From assembly GCF_001194135.2 (NCBI RefSeq), contig NC_068993.1, forward strand, positions 35,129,433 through 35,193,424: 63,992 nucleotides of DNA. Direction: 5' to 3'. Shown one piece after another: positions 41,037 to 56,578 of this stretch. Position 1 is the stretch's first letter. Each line of letters starts with the position of its first letter. Source of the DNA: Octopus bimaculoides (lineage: Eukaryota). A program made the position numbers and the translations under genes. The notes under the pieces are model-generated. The model did no database searches and was not told the DNA's origin. It saw only the letters and a program-made list of their open reading frames with translations.

Positions 41037-43992
41037 AATGTTCACTGTTCGGTAAAGACCGATTTTAGTTGCTGACCTCAGATAGTTAAAAGGAGTTGTT
41101 TCCAGCAGAATTTGAAATCGGAATGTAACGGTAAATAAATGATATTGCAAGTCATTTTGTATGACGCCCTAAGAATTCTGCGAGTCTCAAATTTCTTAAT
41201 CCAATAATAAATATTTGTAAAAGCCTTGACAGTAATGTAATTTTTCGCATGTGTCAGAAAGTGCATTACGAAAGATTAATGGCAATAATGTAATATGTTT
41301 ATGTAATAATGATGAAATATTCTGATATATATGTTCTTTAAAATATCTTTCAAGAACAACAACAATAACATAATAAAAATTACTTTGGTGATCTCGTGTT
41401 TTAAATCTATTTCCGTATTAAAAAAAGAAATAGTGGTGGAATATAAATATAAATTTCTTTAGAGTAAGAGAGAAAGATATAGCCTAAAAGTAATTTCTAT
41501 TCTGGCGAGAAAAGTCATTTAGTGCAATTAATATATTTCTTAGGGCAGAAAACTTAGTTTCTTGGCAAATGGAGGGTGAACGATGCGATGTGCTTTTGTT
41601 ACCTGAACATCCATTTTTAAAATTATTACATCCAGGACAGCATCCTCTTGAATACACATCTCTTTACATTCCTAACAAATTTTAGTAAGATTTCAGGGAG
41701 AGTTAGCTACTGTTTCTGCCATCATGTTTTGCGATGTTTAGTTGTTCCTTTACATACTGAGTTCAAGTTCTACTTAGGTTTCTCTCACTTTTTTTTTACC
41801 TATGTATCGACTTTTGAAGGAAGAAAACTTTAAAATTTATATGTACCAATCATTAAAATAAGAAGTAGGCTCCATGTAGTGGTTCCCAAACATTTCCGGG
41901 CTGCCGCTCCCCTGACACCCAGGCCACATTCCTAGTGTCCCCCTACCCAACTAACCATCACAAACATAGACCTCTTTCTGAAGCAAATTCAGAGCAATTG
42001 TATTTCACAAATAAAACTTAACCTAATGAACCTATTATTTTGTTGTTTTTATATGAATCCCTACCCCACTTTTTACATGAATCACTACCCCCATTATCAC
42101 CCTACTTTTCTTCAACGCCCTATTGGAACTTTCCACCGCCCACAAAGGGACAATACCGCCCACTTTGGGAACCACTGTTCTAGAATGATGCGGCGATACT
42201 GGGGTATATCCCAATGACTGAATAGATTGGAAATAATAATCAGTTATAAGGGATGATCACATTAATTTTTAAATCTTTATAATCGAGTACTTATTTAGGC
42301 GAGAGTCTTACGAGATTGAACAACAGTAATATCCAAGATAACGTGAGGAACATTTCGATTCAAGATAATGTGAAGTAGCGGCAACTGAGATTCATAACTG
42401 AAAATTGAAATTAGATCAAATCGTGACTCATGAACTGCAGTTTGCTTGGATTTTACTTTCATTTTGCTAGCTACATTGCAATCAACGTAACTAGAAATAA
42501 AACCAGGTAATCTGGTTAAATATAATTTGTTCAGTTACTGTATAACTATACGTCGAAGAAACAGAAAATTAAACATTTCGCAGAATTCGCAACAAGTTAG
42601 TGCAATATACAACCGAAATAAATTACGGCAGAAGTCATGATAGTTTATATTGTCGCAAACAATATAACAGTTGAGAAAATTTGAAATAATTACATTGACT
42701 TCGATCCTGGACTTTAAAATAACCATAATTTAAAACTGAATTAAAACAGGGGAAAAAGTTTATAAAATATGGATAGTGATGGTTTGCATTAATTCAATGC
42801 TAGATTAGTCAGCCCAAATTTGATTTTCTTATGTAGAATGCTATTTTATTTTTTTATTTTTATTGTTGTTACAACAACGATATCAAATTCAATCCACATT
42901 GGTTAATATGAAAGATTGCATCATTGGTGAGTTGTCATTGAAGTGTACTGCACAGCCTCCTGACTTCTTTCCATCGCTGTTTTACTGAAGGGTATAACCG
43001 AGCAGCTAACCGGTGAGGTTTTGTTCAAGTCATCATTCCCTACAGCGAATATTTAGTGTGATAAAGTATTCTTCTATATGTATGTTGAAAACAGGGTAAT
43101 GTTCTGAAGAACACAATGCAGAATTATTGAAATGCAAATAAGCAAAACTTCACCCGATAAACCTAATTCAATCATCTGCATCCCATTGAAATTATTTAAT
43201 GTTTGTATACACGAGGAAAATTAATGCAAAATATTGATTTTATATAGCTTGGAAGAAGCATTTGACATTAGCACTACACAGTACCGATGTTGGGTCATGC
43301 AAACACTATTTATTCAACTCCTTTGTTCGGTTCTCATTTCTTCTTTTAGAAAAAAGAAATTCGCCAAAATCGGAAAAAATAAATAAATGAAAACAGACTA
43401 GTTCTTTTAAAATATCTATTTCAGTAGTTCTCTTGTCAAACTTGACTACCTTAACTTGGGAGTTCATTTTCTGACAGATAACATGATATCGTTCTATAAC
43501 ATTAGTAATGGAGTAATATCTAAAGCACAGAAATATATTTGAATCAGTAGACATATTTTCATCTTCTACTACATTGATTTTCTGGTGACTGAAAAGATAT
43601 TTGTATCTTTCAGCATTCGTTAGTATATTAATAAGTACCTATCATATTTGAGTTCGAAACAACTTTAGAGTTCAAAAAGGAAAAAGGAAGAATTTTAGTA
43701 TTTAACTATTTTACCAAGAGCGTTAATGACGTGAGGTAAGTGACATCGTTCCAATGTGAAATCGATGATATTTCAACGACACAAATCAATTTGCGTCACT
43801 TCACTACAGATTGGTGTGCCATTCTCATATGACAAAAATTGTGTTTGTTTATTTCAGAAGATACCAAGACAGCATTAGATCTGACACTCTACTCCCTCAA
43901 TCAGCCTAACCAGCCATACTTCTTATAAAATGTAATTGTCAAGTTATTTACGAGTAATTGTTATGTGAAACGGAACAAACGCCGAATCATAA

Positions 43993-44152
43993 ATATATTC
44001 TCATGCACATAGATATATTCTCATGCACATAGATATATTCTCATGCACATAGATATATTCTCATGCACATAGATATATTCTCATGCACATAGATATATTC
44101 TCATGCATGAGATATAGATATATATTCTCATGCACATATTCTCATGCACATA
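43993..44152. repeat. Minisatellite, 20-bp unit (atatattctcatgcacatag) x5 plus a degenerate tail
   Basis: Five identical head-to-tail copies, then decayed copies. Confidence 0.95.
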
Positions 44153-45644
44153 GAAGTAATGAATATACTGTCGTACACAGGAATATGCAGTCAAGACCAT
44201 CCGATTTGACTATCTTTACTGGGACATATCTACCGATTTTCTTCAAAATACACCAGACTACCTTCAACACACAAATTATACATTGAAATACCGATACTAA
44301 TAGTTAGCTGTGTTTGGACAAGTTTCCTTAACCAAGGCACATCAGAGATTAATAGGCGACAACAACGACAATAACAACAGCAACGTCAACAATAGCGACG
44401 ACATCACACGACGACAGCGACAAAAGGAAAAGTGATAATCGCGTATTCCAGCATATAATGACCTATTTCAGCATATGTGAAATTCCGCCATTATGAAAAA
44501 TTTCTGTAAACAATATTGGAACATAACGTCTGTTACTTAGATCATAATATAGTAGCATTCAGCATTTGTCAACATAATCTTGTTCCTGCAATTAAATTGT
44601 TTTAACTATTACCTTTGTTGAGAAGACAAATGACTCAGCGAAACTACGCCAAGGAATTTGAACTCATGACATATCGTTAGCTAACGGCTAATGAACTGGA
44701 TCTAATAAAACAATGTTGAAATAAGACAAATACAAAGAAATATTACATAACTTTGGAATGAGACAATGCAAGTAGTCAATAATATTTTTTTCCTGCTTAG
44801 ATTGTTTCTTGCTTCAGTATGCCGAAGCTTTACTGGTATAATTCACTCTGGCGTCAAACAAAAGAATAGTTTGAAGCTTAAATATCTACATCTCAGTGTA
44901 GCACCATTGATAGTTATAATCATTGAAGAGAAAAGTAATTACGAAAAGACTAGACGAGAAATCTAGTAGAAATCGTAATCAGTAAAATTATAAATGTAAT
45001 TTGAAAATACTTTCGTTTCATTTTCGTTTTGTGGCGATAGCTAATAAAAATAAGAAGAAAAATGCAACAAATTTTCTTTTAGTTATAAAACAAAAATGAG
45101 AATGAGAATATAATTGCTTGAAGTTAACAAATTAATGTCCATTTCCGTTTGTCTTTCGATTAGATGTAAATTGGAAAGAATCCATGAAAACAATAGACGC
45201 ATGACATGCATACATGACAAGAAATCAGTGAAAATGTCTGATGTGGATTCTGCATCTTATTATAGGTAAAGTAGATCATTGAAAATATTAAAGTCACCGC
45301 GAGGAAAAAATAATAGGCATTATAATATAAGCAGGCAAGCCTAACTCAGCTAATCTTTCATTCGGTTTCGTCCAGATGAAATTTTACTACGGCAGTATTG
45401 AATCAATGTAACAATTGTCGATGTTACAGTGCGTTCGCTGTCACATCTGTCTCTTCATTCTGAGTATTTACAGCGAGGTGATACGAAGCTAAGGCTCAGT
45501 ACAAAACTTGTGTCGGCGAAAGAACTACCAAAACTACATCTTGATTATATATCGAAGTGGAAAACTTTTATAAGTTAAAAAAAAAGTTATCGGGTGTACC
45601 ATTTAGTACACAATCGTTCAATTCCTTATATATATATATATATT

Positions 45645-45845
45645 ATCTTTTAACTGTTTCAGTCATTAGACTCTGCCAATGCTGGGGCACCACCTAGGAG
45701 AATTTTAGTCGAATTTATCGACACCAGTACTTACGTTTTGTAAACCCTGGTACATATTCGAGCGGACACTTTGCCGAACCACTAAGTTACAGCGATGTAA
45801 ACACACCAACATCGGTTGTCAAGCAGTGGTGAGGGACAAGCACAT
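45645..45845 (-). mobile_element. SINE family A 3' half
   Basis: Reverse complement of the tail of the 33436-33825 copy. Confidence 0.8.
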
Positions 45846-47211
45846 ACACAGACACACTAACATATGTATACATATATATACATACATATATATATGTATA
45901 TCAATACACACACACACACGCACACGAACACACACACACATATATATATATATACAAACATATAGATATATATATATACACATAAGTATATATCCATATA
46001 TATTTAGGCACATATATATATATACATACATATATATATGTATATCAATACACNNNNNNNNNNNNNNNNNNNNNNNNNNNNNNNNNNNNNNNNNNNNNNN
46101 NNNNNNNNNNNNNNNNNNNNNNNNNNNNNNNNNNNNNNNNNNNNNNNNNNNNNNNNNNNNNNNNNNNNNNNNNNNNNNNNNNNNNNNNNNNNNNNNNNNN
46201 NNNNNNNNNNNNNNNNNNNNNNNNNNNNNNNNNNNNNNNNNNNNNNNNNNNNNNNNNNNNNNNNNNNNNNNNNNNNNNNNNNNNNNNNNNNNNNNNNNNN
46301 NNNNNNNNNNNNNNNNNNNNNNNNNNNNNNNNNNNNNNNNNNNNNNNNNNNNNNNNNNNNNNNNNNNNNNNNNNNNNNNNNNNNNNNNNNNNNNNNNNNN
46401 NNNNNNNNNNNNNNNNNNNNNNNNNNNNNNNNNNNNNNNNNNNNNNNNNNNNNNNNNNNNNNNNNNNNNNNNNNNNNNNNNNNNNNNNNNNNNNNNNNNN
46501 NNNNNNNNNNNNNNNNNNNNNNNNNNNNNNNNNNNNNNNNNNNNNNNNNNNNNNNNNNNNNNNNNNNNNNNNNNNNNNNNNNNNNNNNNNNNNNNNNNNN
46601 NNNNNNNNNNNNNNNNNNNNNNNNNNNNNNNNNNNNNNNNNNNNNNNNNNNNNNNNNNNNNNNNNNNNNNNNNNNNNNNNNNNNNNNNNNNNNNNNNNNN
46701 NNNNNNNNNNNNNNNNNNNNNNNNNNNNNNNNNNNNNNNNNNNNNNNNNNNNNNNNNNNNNNNNNNNNNNNNNNNNNNNNNNNNNNNNNNNNNNNNNNNN
46801 NNNNNNNNNNNNNNNNNNNNNNNNNNNNNNNNNNNNNNNNNNNNNNNNNNNNNNNNNNNNNNNNNNNNNNNNNNNNNNNNNNNNNNNNNNNNNNNNNNNN
46901 NNNNNNNNNNNNNNNNNNNNNNNNNNNNNNNNNNNNNNNNNNNNNNNNNNNNNNNNNNNNNNNNNNNNNNNNNNNNNNNNNNNNNNNNNNNNNNNNNNNN
47001 NNNNNNNNNNNNNNNNNNNNNNNNNNNNNNNNNNGGAACGATTCTGCCAGTTATCCGCCTTTCGAATATCTCATATTGATTGGAAGATTCTTGAGTACAG
47101 CACCGAGAACGAATGAGTGTTGTTAGACAATTATATATGCACACACATAGACACACGCACACACACACACACACACACACTCACACACACACACACTCAC
47201 ACACACACACA

Positions 47212-47262
<51 letters not shown>

Positions 47263-47912
47263 ATGCATATATGCATGTATTCATATGTATGAATAAACTT
47301 TTGTGAGATAAGGAGGCAGAAGGGAGGAGAAAAAACAATCTAAAAAAGGAAAAGCAGAGTATGAGATGGAATGAAGGGAGGAAATGCTGAAGAAAAATAC
47401 CAGAGAAGAGGAGTTGGGTAGAAAGAAGAAAAGAGAATACGGAAAAGGAAGAGGGTGAGAAAGAAAAAATAGAAGGTAGAGACGTGGTAATAAAAACGAA
47501 GGACCAAAATGAGGATGAGGATCATGATGATGATGGAGAAGAAGAAAAAGAACAACAAGAAGAGATAGTAGTAGTAGTGGTGGTGGTAGGATAGTGTTTC
47601 ATGCAGAAAGGAGTGGAAACAAAATATGCGTATGAAAATAATATAAATGATGATAATAAATACATGCATATATGTGTGTGTGTATGTGTGTATGTGTGTG
47701 TGTGTGCGTGCGTGTGTGTAATTTTTGGGACTAATGGGTATATGTCAATTAGCGTGTTGAGTAAAGCGCGTTCACAGTTTCGGTTACCTGATGTCATCCA
47801 CAGTTGGGATATATAGCCACTCATGAATTCCGCAATTCTAGTTGAAATAATAATAATAATTGACGAGGGAAACGGAAGATAGTACTAAATCTATCTTCCG
47901 TTTCCTTCATCA

Positions 47913-48009
<97 letters not shown>

Positions 48010-49131
48010 TACACACACCCAAACACACACACACACATATACTATATGCAAAGCAAAAGAATTTGTAGATAATACATTTGATCGAAGTAAACACTGGGGT
48101 AAATACAAATGTTAAAAGTAATCGATATCGAACGCATGAAAATAAGGGTGCAGTCAGTACAGGAAATGACAAATGGAACATTATAATCAAGAGCTCTAAT
48201 CAATCAGCCGGTATTCTTCGAAATTTACTTTCCTATGTAAGTAAACGTTTCTCCTCATTATCCACTGATGTATCTATATTCCATACCGGCTCTCATTGCT
48301 ATAATGAGGTGCTTCAGAACAACACTTTCTTTTTAAATCGTGTCCTATATATAGCTAGATCTAATGGTGTTAGATTTAAGAGTGGAAGCAGAACCCATAA
48401 AACTTTGTCTCAATCCAAATTTCAGCTCTAATATGAAAATAAACTAAGATAATCTCTCAATTCGACATTTCAAAAGAAGCATAGGTGTAAGATCTTTCAA
48501 ATCAACACGCTTGAACTTAACTGTTCTTTTATACAAAAAAATAATAATCCCGTGCTAGTTAACTAGTTTAATGCCAGAAGTCTTTCTAGCATGAATAATA
48601 ATAGAAATGTGATGTGCAGTAGTACAAATTAACAAGTCTCTCACGCGCTTTACACACACCAGTTTAACAGAAAACAAATTTAAGATGAGATTTTACTAGT
48701 ATGACAACTCCTAATTATATCATGTTAAAATATTCCCCAAATGTTTGTTCAAAAATATTTCGGCTTTGAAAAAGATCGGACTCGTCTCATCTTAAGATCC
48801 GTTGGAGTTATTTTGGAACACGCTATGCTATATTAACATGGTTGCAACGACGTTCCTTTCCTTCGAGATGTGCTTTATTCATGAGCGAATTCATCAATAT
48901 TTCATGGAAAGATTGAAAGTTCAGGAAACATCCGTAGTTTATATTCTTGCAGTTATATTGCGATATTCTTGTATTGTAACAGGTTAATGCCTAATAGATA
49001 AAGTATACTAAACGATTATGTTGAGTTGCTCTACAAAAATGCATAGGAATTTAAACGACATTTCGTTTTTAATACCTGTTGACTTTTGATACTTGTTTAT
49101 TTTTTTCTTCGCTCGACTGCTTTAATTTTCA

Positions 49132-49191
<60 letters not shown>

Positions 49192-49240
49192 NNNNNNNNN
49201 NNNNNNNNNNNNNNNNNNNNNNNNNNNNNNNNNNNNNNNN

Positions 49241-49325
<85 letters not shown>

Positions 49326-50198
49326 TATGACGCGCTTTTTCTCAGAGAGACATGGGACTTTCGAATAAACAATCATGAGGTATGCCATACATTTTTAAGA
49401 ATGGTATCTTATACGCTCCAGCATGGTTCCAGGCTCTGGCTGAAACCAGTAAAAGAATATAAGAATATAATTTATATAATTTTTATGCCAACAAATATTC
49501 TTATACAACTACATCTTGTACTAAACACAACATATATATTTATGTAACTTCAAAAAGGTATTTTCATGTGAAAAATATATCATCTTTAAGGCATTCTCAG
49601 CTTAGTGGATCAGAATCGAGCATTGTGAATGGGAGAAGATGATGATGAGGAATTGAATTAATTTGGCAGATAATGATTATGTGTGGCATTCAATAACTTC
49701 CTATTTCTCTCAGACACATTAAGATTGATTCCAGTACAAGTAAAGTACACAAGGAACTCAGTATTGCAAAGACACAATTAAGCGACGTAAAGTTGAGCTT
49801 ACAACAAGTTTTATCACTGAACGTCTCTACATTCATCACAATCAATGATAAGAATTTCAGTTGAAGAATGAACAACACACATATTCGTTGTTTCTGCCTA
49901 TAGAAATGTGAGTTTACTCAAGCTCTCATTACATACAGTCTCAAAAATATCCGCATAGCGGATACAAGAATGCTTTGTTTACTTTTTTTTAAAAAAGCAT
50001 ATTTATAAACATGTTTCTTAGATAAACTGACTGGTCGGGACTGCATCGTAAGCCAAATGAATATCTATATGTGTGTCTGTGCACTAATATGTTGTATGTA
50101 TATATATGTATATATGTATTTATGCATTTGAATATAAAGGAATATACATATGAATATGTATGTTTCTTTGTGTGTGTCTGTATACAGACCACGTTTGA

Positions 50199-50264
<66 letters not shown>

Positions 50265-50577
50265 TTTCCCTTAGTAATTGGTTGGACGCCAGAATGAAAA
50301 AGGAAAGATTTATGGTTATTTATTAATATAGTTTATATTAAAATACATATACAATTTAAATATTCTGTCATTTAAACACAGCGTTTGTATAATCGATAAA
50401 ACCAGACAAAACACCTATTCACTTACACAAACAAACCCAATATTTTGCAAGCTGAGGAAGCAATAATACATATTGCTTAATATAATCCAATATGTTTCCA
50501 ACACACAAAGAGGATTTATTTTTAAATGCAAACTTCTCTTTCTATTTTTCTTTTTCTCCCACTGATATATATATATA

Positions 50578-50629
<52 letters not shown>

Positions 50630-51619
50630 CGTGTGTGTGTGTGTGTTTATGATATATATGAAAACAACAGGAATTCAATTAACACTTGAAATATGGAATC
50701 TGTAGCATATTACAAGATTGTCGAAATGTGACCAAGCAATTTCTATAGCAGAAAACAAAGCAACAGAGTTTATCTTGCTCCTTGCTGTCTTCCTGGAACC
50801 AAAACAAAGAGGCAATGTCATGGCATTTGATTATATGTATGCTAGACTGAAAAAAAATGGACAGATAACAACAGAAGTGGAAATAGAGCGAAAACTGCTA
50901 GATTCTGGTTTAGTATAATTGAGCTTTTAGAAAAAGACCTTTAGCAATGAAAGCAGGAAGGAAAAACTACAGATGATGTTGAGCTGACAAACATAAGACA
51001 TTGGTAATGTTGGAATAATGTGTCTTTGAATAATACGTTGCGTCATATTTCGTTGCGTAGATGATTTCATAAAACTCTACGTATTTTGTTAGTGTGAAGA
51101 TATAGTCAACAGTTTCTTAGGCTATTGATTTAAAAATACACAACTGAAATCTAATTAACTCTAGAAATCGAAAACCATGATAAATCAATGAATAATGGGA
51201 TTTATAGATTTTATTGCATACGGGACAGCTGGAATCTTTGTGGCTCCTACTGTTATATTAACAATACAAATACATCACTCGAACACGATCTCACAATACA
51301 CTTAACACAAGAAGCAACAGCAATGTACTACAACACTGAGCACAGAATAAAACTACAGAGGAAACTAATGGAGGACTTCTATACTCTACTGATCTCTTCA
51401 TAAAAATAGATTAATCTTTTCAGTTTGACACACTCTGTCTGATTCTACTTAAATTTTCTGCACATAGTGTTTTATGTCAAGTACAAATCCACAACCTACT
51501 TTTGAAGAAATAATAATAGAAAAATTACGTAAATTTGAATTTTGCTTTTCTTTTAAAATTTTGTCAAACAAATTTATCCATTCCGTTATTACATCCAGCA
51601 CACGATCCCAAGAACAATA

Positions 51620-51661
<42 letters not shown>

Positions 51662-52212
51662 NNNNNNNNNNNNNNNNNNNNNNNNNNNNNNNNNNNNNNN
51701 NNNNNNNNNNNNNNNNNNNNNNNNNNNNNNNNNNNNNNNNNNNNNNNNNNNNNNNNNNNNNNNNNNNNNNNNNNNNNNNNNNNNNNNNNNNNNNNNNNNN
51801 NNNNNNNNNNNNNNNNNNNNNNNNNNNNNNNNNNNNNNNNNNNNNNNNNNNNNNNNNNNNNNNNNNNNNNNNNNNNNNNNNNNNNNNNNNNNNNNNNNNN
51901 NNNNNNNNNNNNNNNNNNNNNNNNNNNNNNNNNNNNNNNNNNNNNNNNNNNNNNNNNNNNNNNNNNNNNNNNNNNNNNNNNNNNNNNNNNNNNNNNNNNN
52001 NNNNNNNNNNNNNNNNNNNNNNNNNNNNNNNNNNNNNNNNNNNNNNNNNNNNNNNNNNNNNNNNNNNNNNNNNNNNNNNNNNNNNNNNNNNNNNNNNNNN
52101 NNNNNNNNNNNNAATCAAAATAAGCAACACGGATTTTAAAGATGATTGCAGTACGCACGCTTCATGCTACTCCATTTATTTAAGTAATGCGAGCATTACA
52201 TTAAATGCAATA

Positions 52213-52694
52213 TGTAGAGCAATTTTCAGCTGCCCGAAAATGCAGAAAATTACAGTAGAATAGACATATTATAATTGTGGCAACATTTCAAATCCAAGTG
52301 GGAGGAAGAATACATAAAAATCCATCTTGACATAGCCAAGTCTATCAGGCTAGTAATTGGTTCTAGGCAAAAATTCTAACTGTCTCTGATTTTATTGTCT
52401 CTTATCTAGTAGTAATAGTATAAGGGACAATCACTTCAAAGGAAAGGGAAGGTGTAAGCAAAGGGAAGCAAAGTGATTGTCCCTTATACTATTACTACTA
52501 GATAAGAGACAATAAAATCAGAGACAGTTAGAATGTTTGCCTAGAACCAATTACTAGCCTGGTAGACTTGGCTATGTCAAGATGGATTTTTATGTATTCT
52601 TCCTCCCACTTGGATTTGAAATGTTGCCACAATTATAATATGTCTATTCTACTGTAATTTTCTGCATTTTCGTGCAGCTGAAGATTGCTCTACA
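52213..52694. repeat. Long inverted repeat: 224-bp arms (52213-52436 and 52471-52694), 34-nt spacer
   Basis: Arms are reverse complements with four mismatches by eye; the right arm abuts a 10-N gap. Confidence 0.95.
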
Positions 52695-52704
52695 NNNNNN
52701 NNNN

Positions 52705-52735
<31 letters not shown>

Positions 52736-53829
52736 TTATTTAACGCAGAAAGCTTTAACGATCACTGTGTTGGTATACAAGAGAGTCTGATCTATATTTA
52801 TTACCTAAGGTGAATAAAATAATAGATGCGAACCAAGACTTCCTTCCATTGGCAGACGGATGCATACGCATACACACACACATGCACAGATACGCGCATG
52901 CGTGTGCGTGATTACAGGCAGATAGTTACACATATATACATAGAGAAATATTTCTTTGAAATGTGCTGTATTGAAAGTATAACCGTGTTCTAGTTTTATC
53001 TCTGTCATCAATGTCTTACTTACATATTTCCACACGATTTCCTAGCGCTTTACTTGAAACAGTGATCTTCCCAAATCCATCATCAAATGTTGATGGATTC
53101 CGGAATTTTACTTTTTCAAGCAAACTACAAAGGACACGTGTTTTATTTATATTAAAAGCACCTCAATAGTGTGAACAAAACATATTTACTCTCTGTCTCT
53201 CTCTGTTTCACACACACATATACACTCACACAACCCCGCCACACACACATAAAGAGTGCGTGTGTCTATGTGTTATTTAAGCTTCAATTGCATGACATAA
53301 TTAGAACTCAATGTGAATTCTTATATATCAAGAAAGGAAGACTATGAGGTACTCATCTGTTTTGTTTGATCCACCAGTGTGTGTGTGTGTGTGTGCGTAA
53401 TTACAGAGATTGGGAGGGAGAGAAAGACAGGTAAAAGAGATGGTAAACCCACATTGAACTTGGCAATACGTACAAGTGAGATATCTAATCACTGTGAGTG
53501 CTCAACATGTAGACAGTGCTGTGAAATTATGTCTAAGTGTATGAAACAAACGTCAAGAATGAGTCGCAAATTTAACACAGATAGAAAATATGGATTATTT
53601 CCTAGAAGTTATTTCACAGGATGTCTAGGTATTTTGGTTACCTTTCACCATATCGGCCGTTGTTGAATTAAACACAGTTACTTCTGTAGCCACACAGTAT
53701 ATAGCAGTTGTTGTCATCACGAATGTTTGGTATATTAATCCACCAGAAACTAACAAAGGAACGATGCGACCGCTTCGTATACTATTAAGTAATATTAATT
53801 GTACTAACAATGTAGTGAAAAATAACTTC

Positions 53830-54500
53830 AAATGACGCGGGCCTCACAATGACGCGCAAGGAGCCTATGTTCATCAATAGGCTTGGTAGGTCTTCAGTTG
53901 AAATTGATATTTCTATCAATAACAGCAATGTTGTTTTCATCTTCCTGTATTAGGGTACATAAATCTCCAAATTATAACTCCTAGTAAGTATGGTGTTATT
54001 CAGCAAGATATAATCCCTAACAAAGATTACACTGTTGTACACATCAATAGTTGTGATAGGTGGAATATGTCCAATCATTATTTCTACGCACTCGTGACAA
54101 TCTTGGTTTATGTACTATCAAGGCAACCCTGAATCTTCTTCATACTCCAGGTTTCGATTCCATAGACGTGAACGCTCTCTACACGTGTCTTGAAGAAGGC
54201 CAACCTTATTGATTACCAGATGCATTGACGTTTGCCAGAAGTACTTCAGACTAGTCCCTGAATGTAAGGAAATTCTTCTCACTATCTGCAACATAGGACT
54301 CAGATATTTGAAGTCACTATCATCATTGTGTACCATCATTGGCAGCTGGTTTTCTTCTTCCTTGATGGTTAGGTATTCTTTGCATTCAAAAAGTATCGAT
54401 TTTGAATGCAGCATTCTGACGGGAAATTAATAATTTTTGCACACACTCGGCGAGCTGTATACTGACTGTAACTCTAAATTTCATCTGGTACCATGGCTTA
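53830..54500 (-). mobile_element. Decayed RTE-clade LINE, RT thumb region
   Basis: Frameshifted DSDFKYLS / SIRLAFFKTRVESVHVYGIETWSMKKIQGCLDST / HIPPITTI, matching the RTE 'FKYLGS', 'VESVLLYGSETW' and 'LDGxYT' motifs. Confidence 0.72.
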
Positions 54501-55258
54501 AGGTGGGAGAATACCTAGATATTGAGAAGAATGGAATTTCCTCTTAAATGACACTACTCCGAGGACTACTTTGAACAGGAATAATAGTATCTGCAAGGAC
54601 TGATGAGTTAACTTCGGTCACCATTCACCACATCAGCCATTGTTGAACTAAATCACTTTGACCCAAAATAGGATTCTGGGTTTGGCAGTTGCCAGCTAGC
54701 AACTATGGTCAAATAGCAATTTCTTCTTTGTAGAAAGAATCTAAAATTTCAAAGGCTTTGAGAGAAAACGAAAGGAACAGAAGCTGCTGCCTTGTAGACA
54801 GGATTATAAATATCAAAGGCTACGCAACGAACTCTAACAGAAGGGGATTGTTGAAAGTTGCTCCTCTCTATATTAGCAAACTGATATGATGAGTTCATTC
54901 AAATTGACCTAATGAGGCAAGGAGATAGGACACTTAAAAACATACCAGGCGCTCTATAACAGCTAGATACACGTGCACCTAGTAAAATATTACTTAAAAA
55001 TAAGAAATTAAGATAGTTATTTAATCTTTCGGTATGCTCTTTGATTGATAATATTAGTGCAATAACAACGTGTCTTTGTGAATTGATTAAATAATATTAC
55101 TTACATATAAACAAGGAAAGGACAGAACATAGATATTTCTGAACCTATTCGTCTGGTAAGCCACTGTTGAACGAAACATTCATTTAGCCATACAATATCT
55201 AGCAGTTACTGACACCACAAGTATGTTGCACGATATTTATATATATATATATATATAG

Positions 55259-55304
<46 letters not shown>

Positions 55305-55972
55305 ACATATACGCGCAGACTACATTACAGGAGAGTACATATTCTTATGTCTATTATTTTATGTAACAGTTTGCATAACTCTTGCTATTGACTTAGAAAG
55401 AATATTAACAAAATAGATAGAAGTTCGGTAATGTATGCCTTTGATAAATAGGCGATTTATCTGAAACCACTATATACTTCAACAAAGGCCTTATCATCTA
55501 CATAATGTATTTTGAACTGGTTTATTTGTATTGTCCTTTGAATGGTTACAGAGAGACTTAGTTTTGATGCGTTGTATCCTTTGTCTTTATCGATTGCTTC
55601 TGAATTTTAAATTTACTTTCCGTTGGTGTCAGATTTTAGTCATGCAGTATATTTGTCTTGATTGTATATCAAAGTTTCGTTTGTATTCAGCTATTTAGAT
55701 TGATTTTATAACGATTTTCTCTTTTATTATTGCGAATAGTTAGTTATCTTATACACTAACCATGTTTAAACTACGATTATTTCTAGTTTTCCCCTTTATA
55801 GTAAGAAATGCCCAAAGCGGTGAATTGAATGAGCTGTTAAACCGTCGAATAAAATGCTTTATGGTATTTGTTACGGTTCTCTGCGCTCTGGGGTCAAATC
55901 CCGCTGTGATCGACTTTGCTTTTGTCAGCTTGGAGTCGATGAAAATTAAATCAGATATTGATGTTGGCTTGT

Positions 55973-56083
<111 letters not shown>

Positions 56084-56490
56084 CTTTGTCTCAGGCTGGT
56101 ACAGTTAGCTACGCTGCATTGGAAGGGGATAGCTGTAGTCTTCTCAGAATGTTTGTAATGTCAGAAAGTGTGGACGAACTTGCTGACATTATTAAAAATA
56201 CATCTCCAGAGAGTTTGGATGAGCTATCCACATTCCATGACTCGAAGATTGCAGATTATGATCATTATTGAGAAACAATTTTTCCAACAGCATTTTCAGC
56301 GAAGATTCGGCATAAGTGTTGCTATTCCTCAAAGGTGATGCCATTTTTAAAAATAACTTAATATTATATCAATGTCATACTAATTTAGTTGTTCCCTTCA
56401 GTAAAAAAGTGACTACGTAAACGCTCCTCTGTCCCAGACGAAAGGAACTTTGTGTTTCTTACGTCATCTTCAAATTCCACCAAAACTGAC

Positions 56491-56578
56491 TTCGCCCTTT
56501 ACCCTTTGTTCAACGGTTAACACAGTACTTTGCTTCGTCCTTTACCCTTTGTTCAACGGTTAACACAGTACTTTGCTT
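56491..56578. repeat. 43-bp tandem duplication
   Basis: cctttaccctttgttcaacggttaacacagtactttgctt occurs twice, 43 bp apart. Confidence 0.95.

Noticed and set aside
49135-49320. (TG)n and (CA)n arrays facing each other across a gap, a potential hairpin
   Set aside because: The junction is N-filled, so orientation and adjacency are unverified; may be a scaffolding artefact.
53640-53760. Good minus-strand donor (GAAAG|GTAACC) with a GRYGE frame resembling the S1 DGxYG motif
   Set aside because: That frame has a stop a few codons upstream and the other frames show no iGluR similarity.
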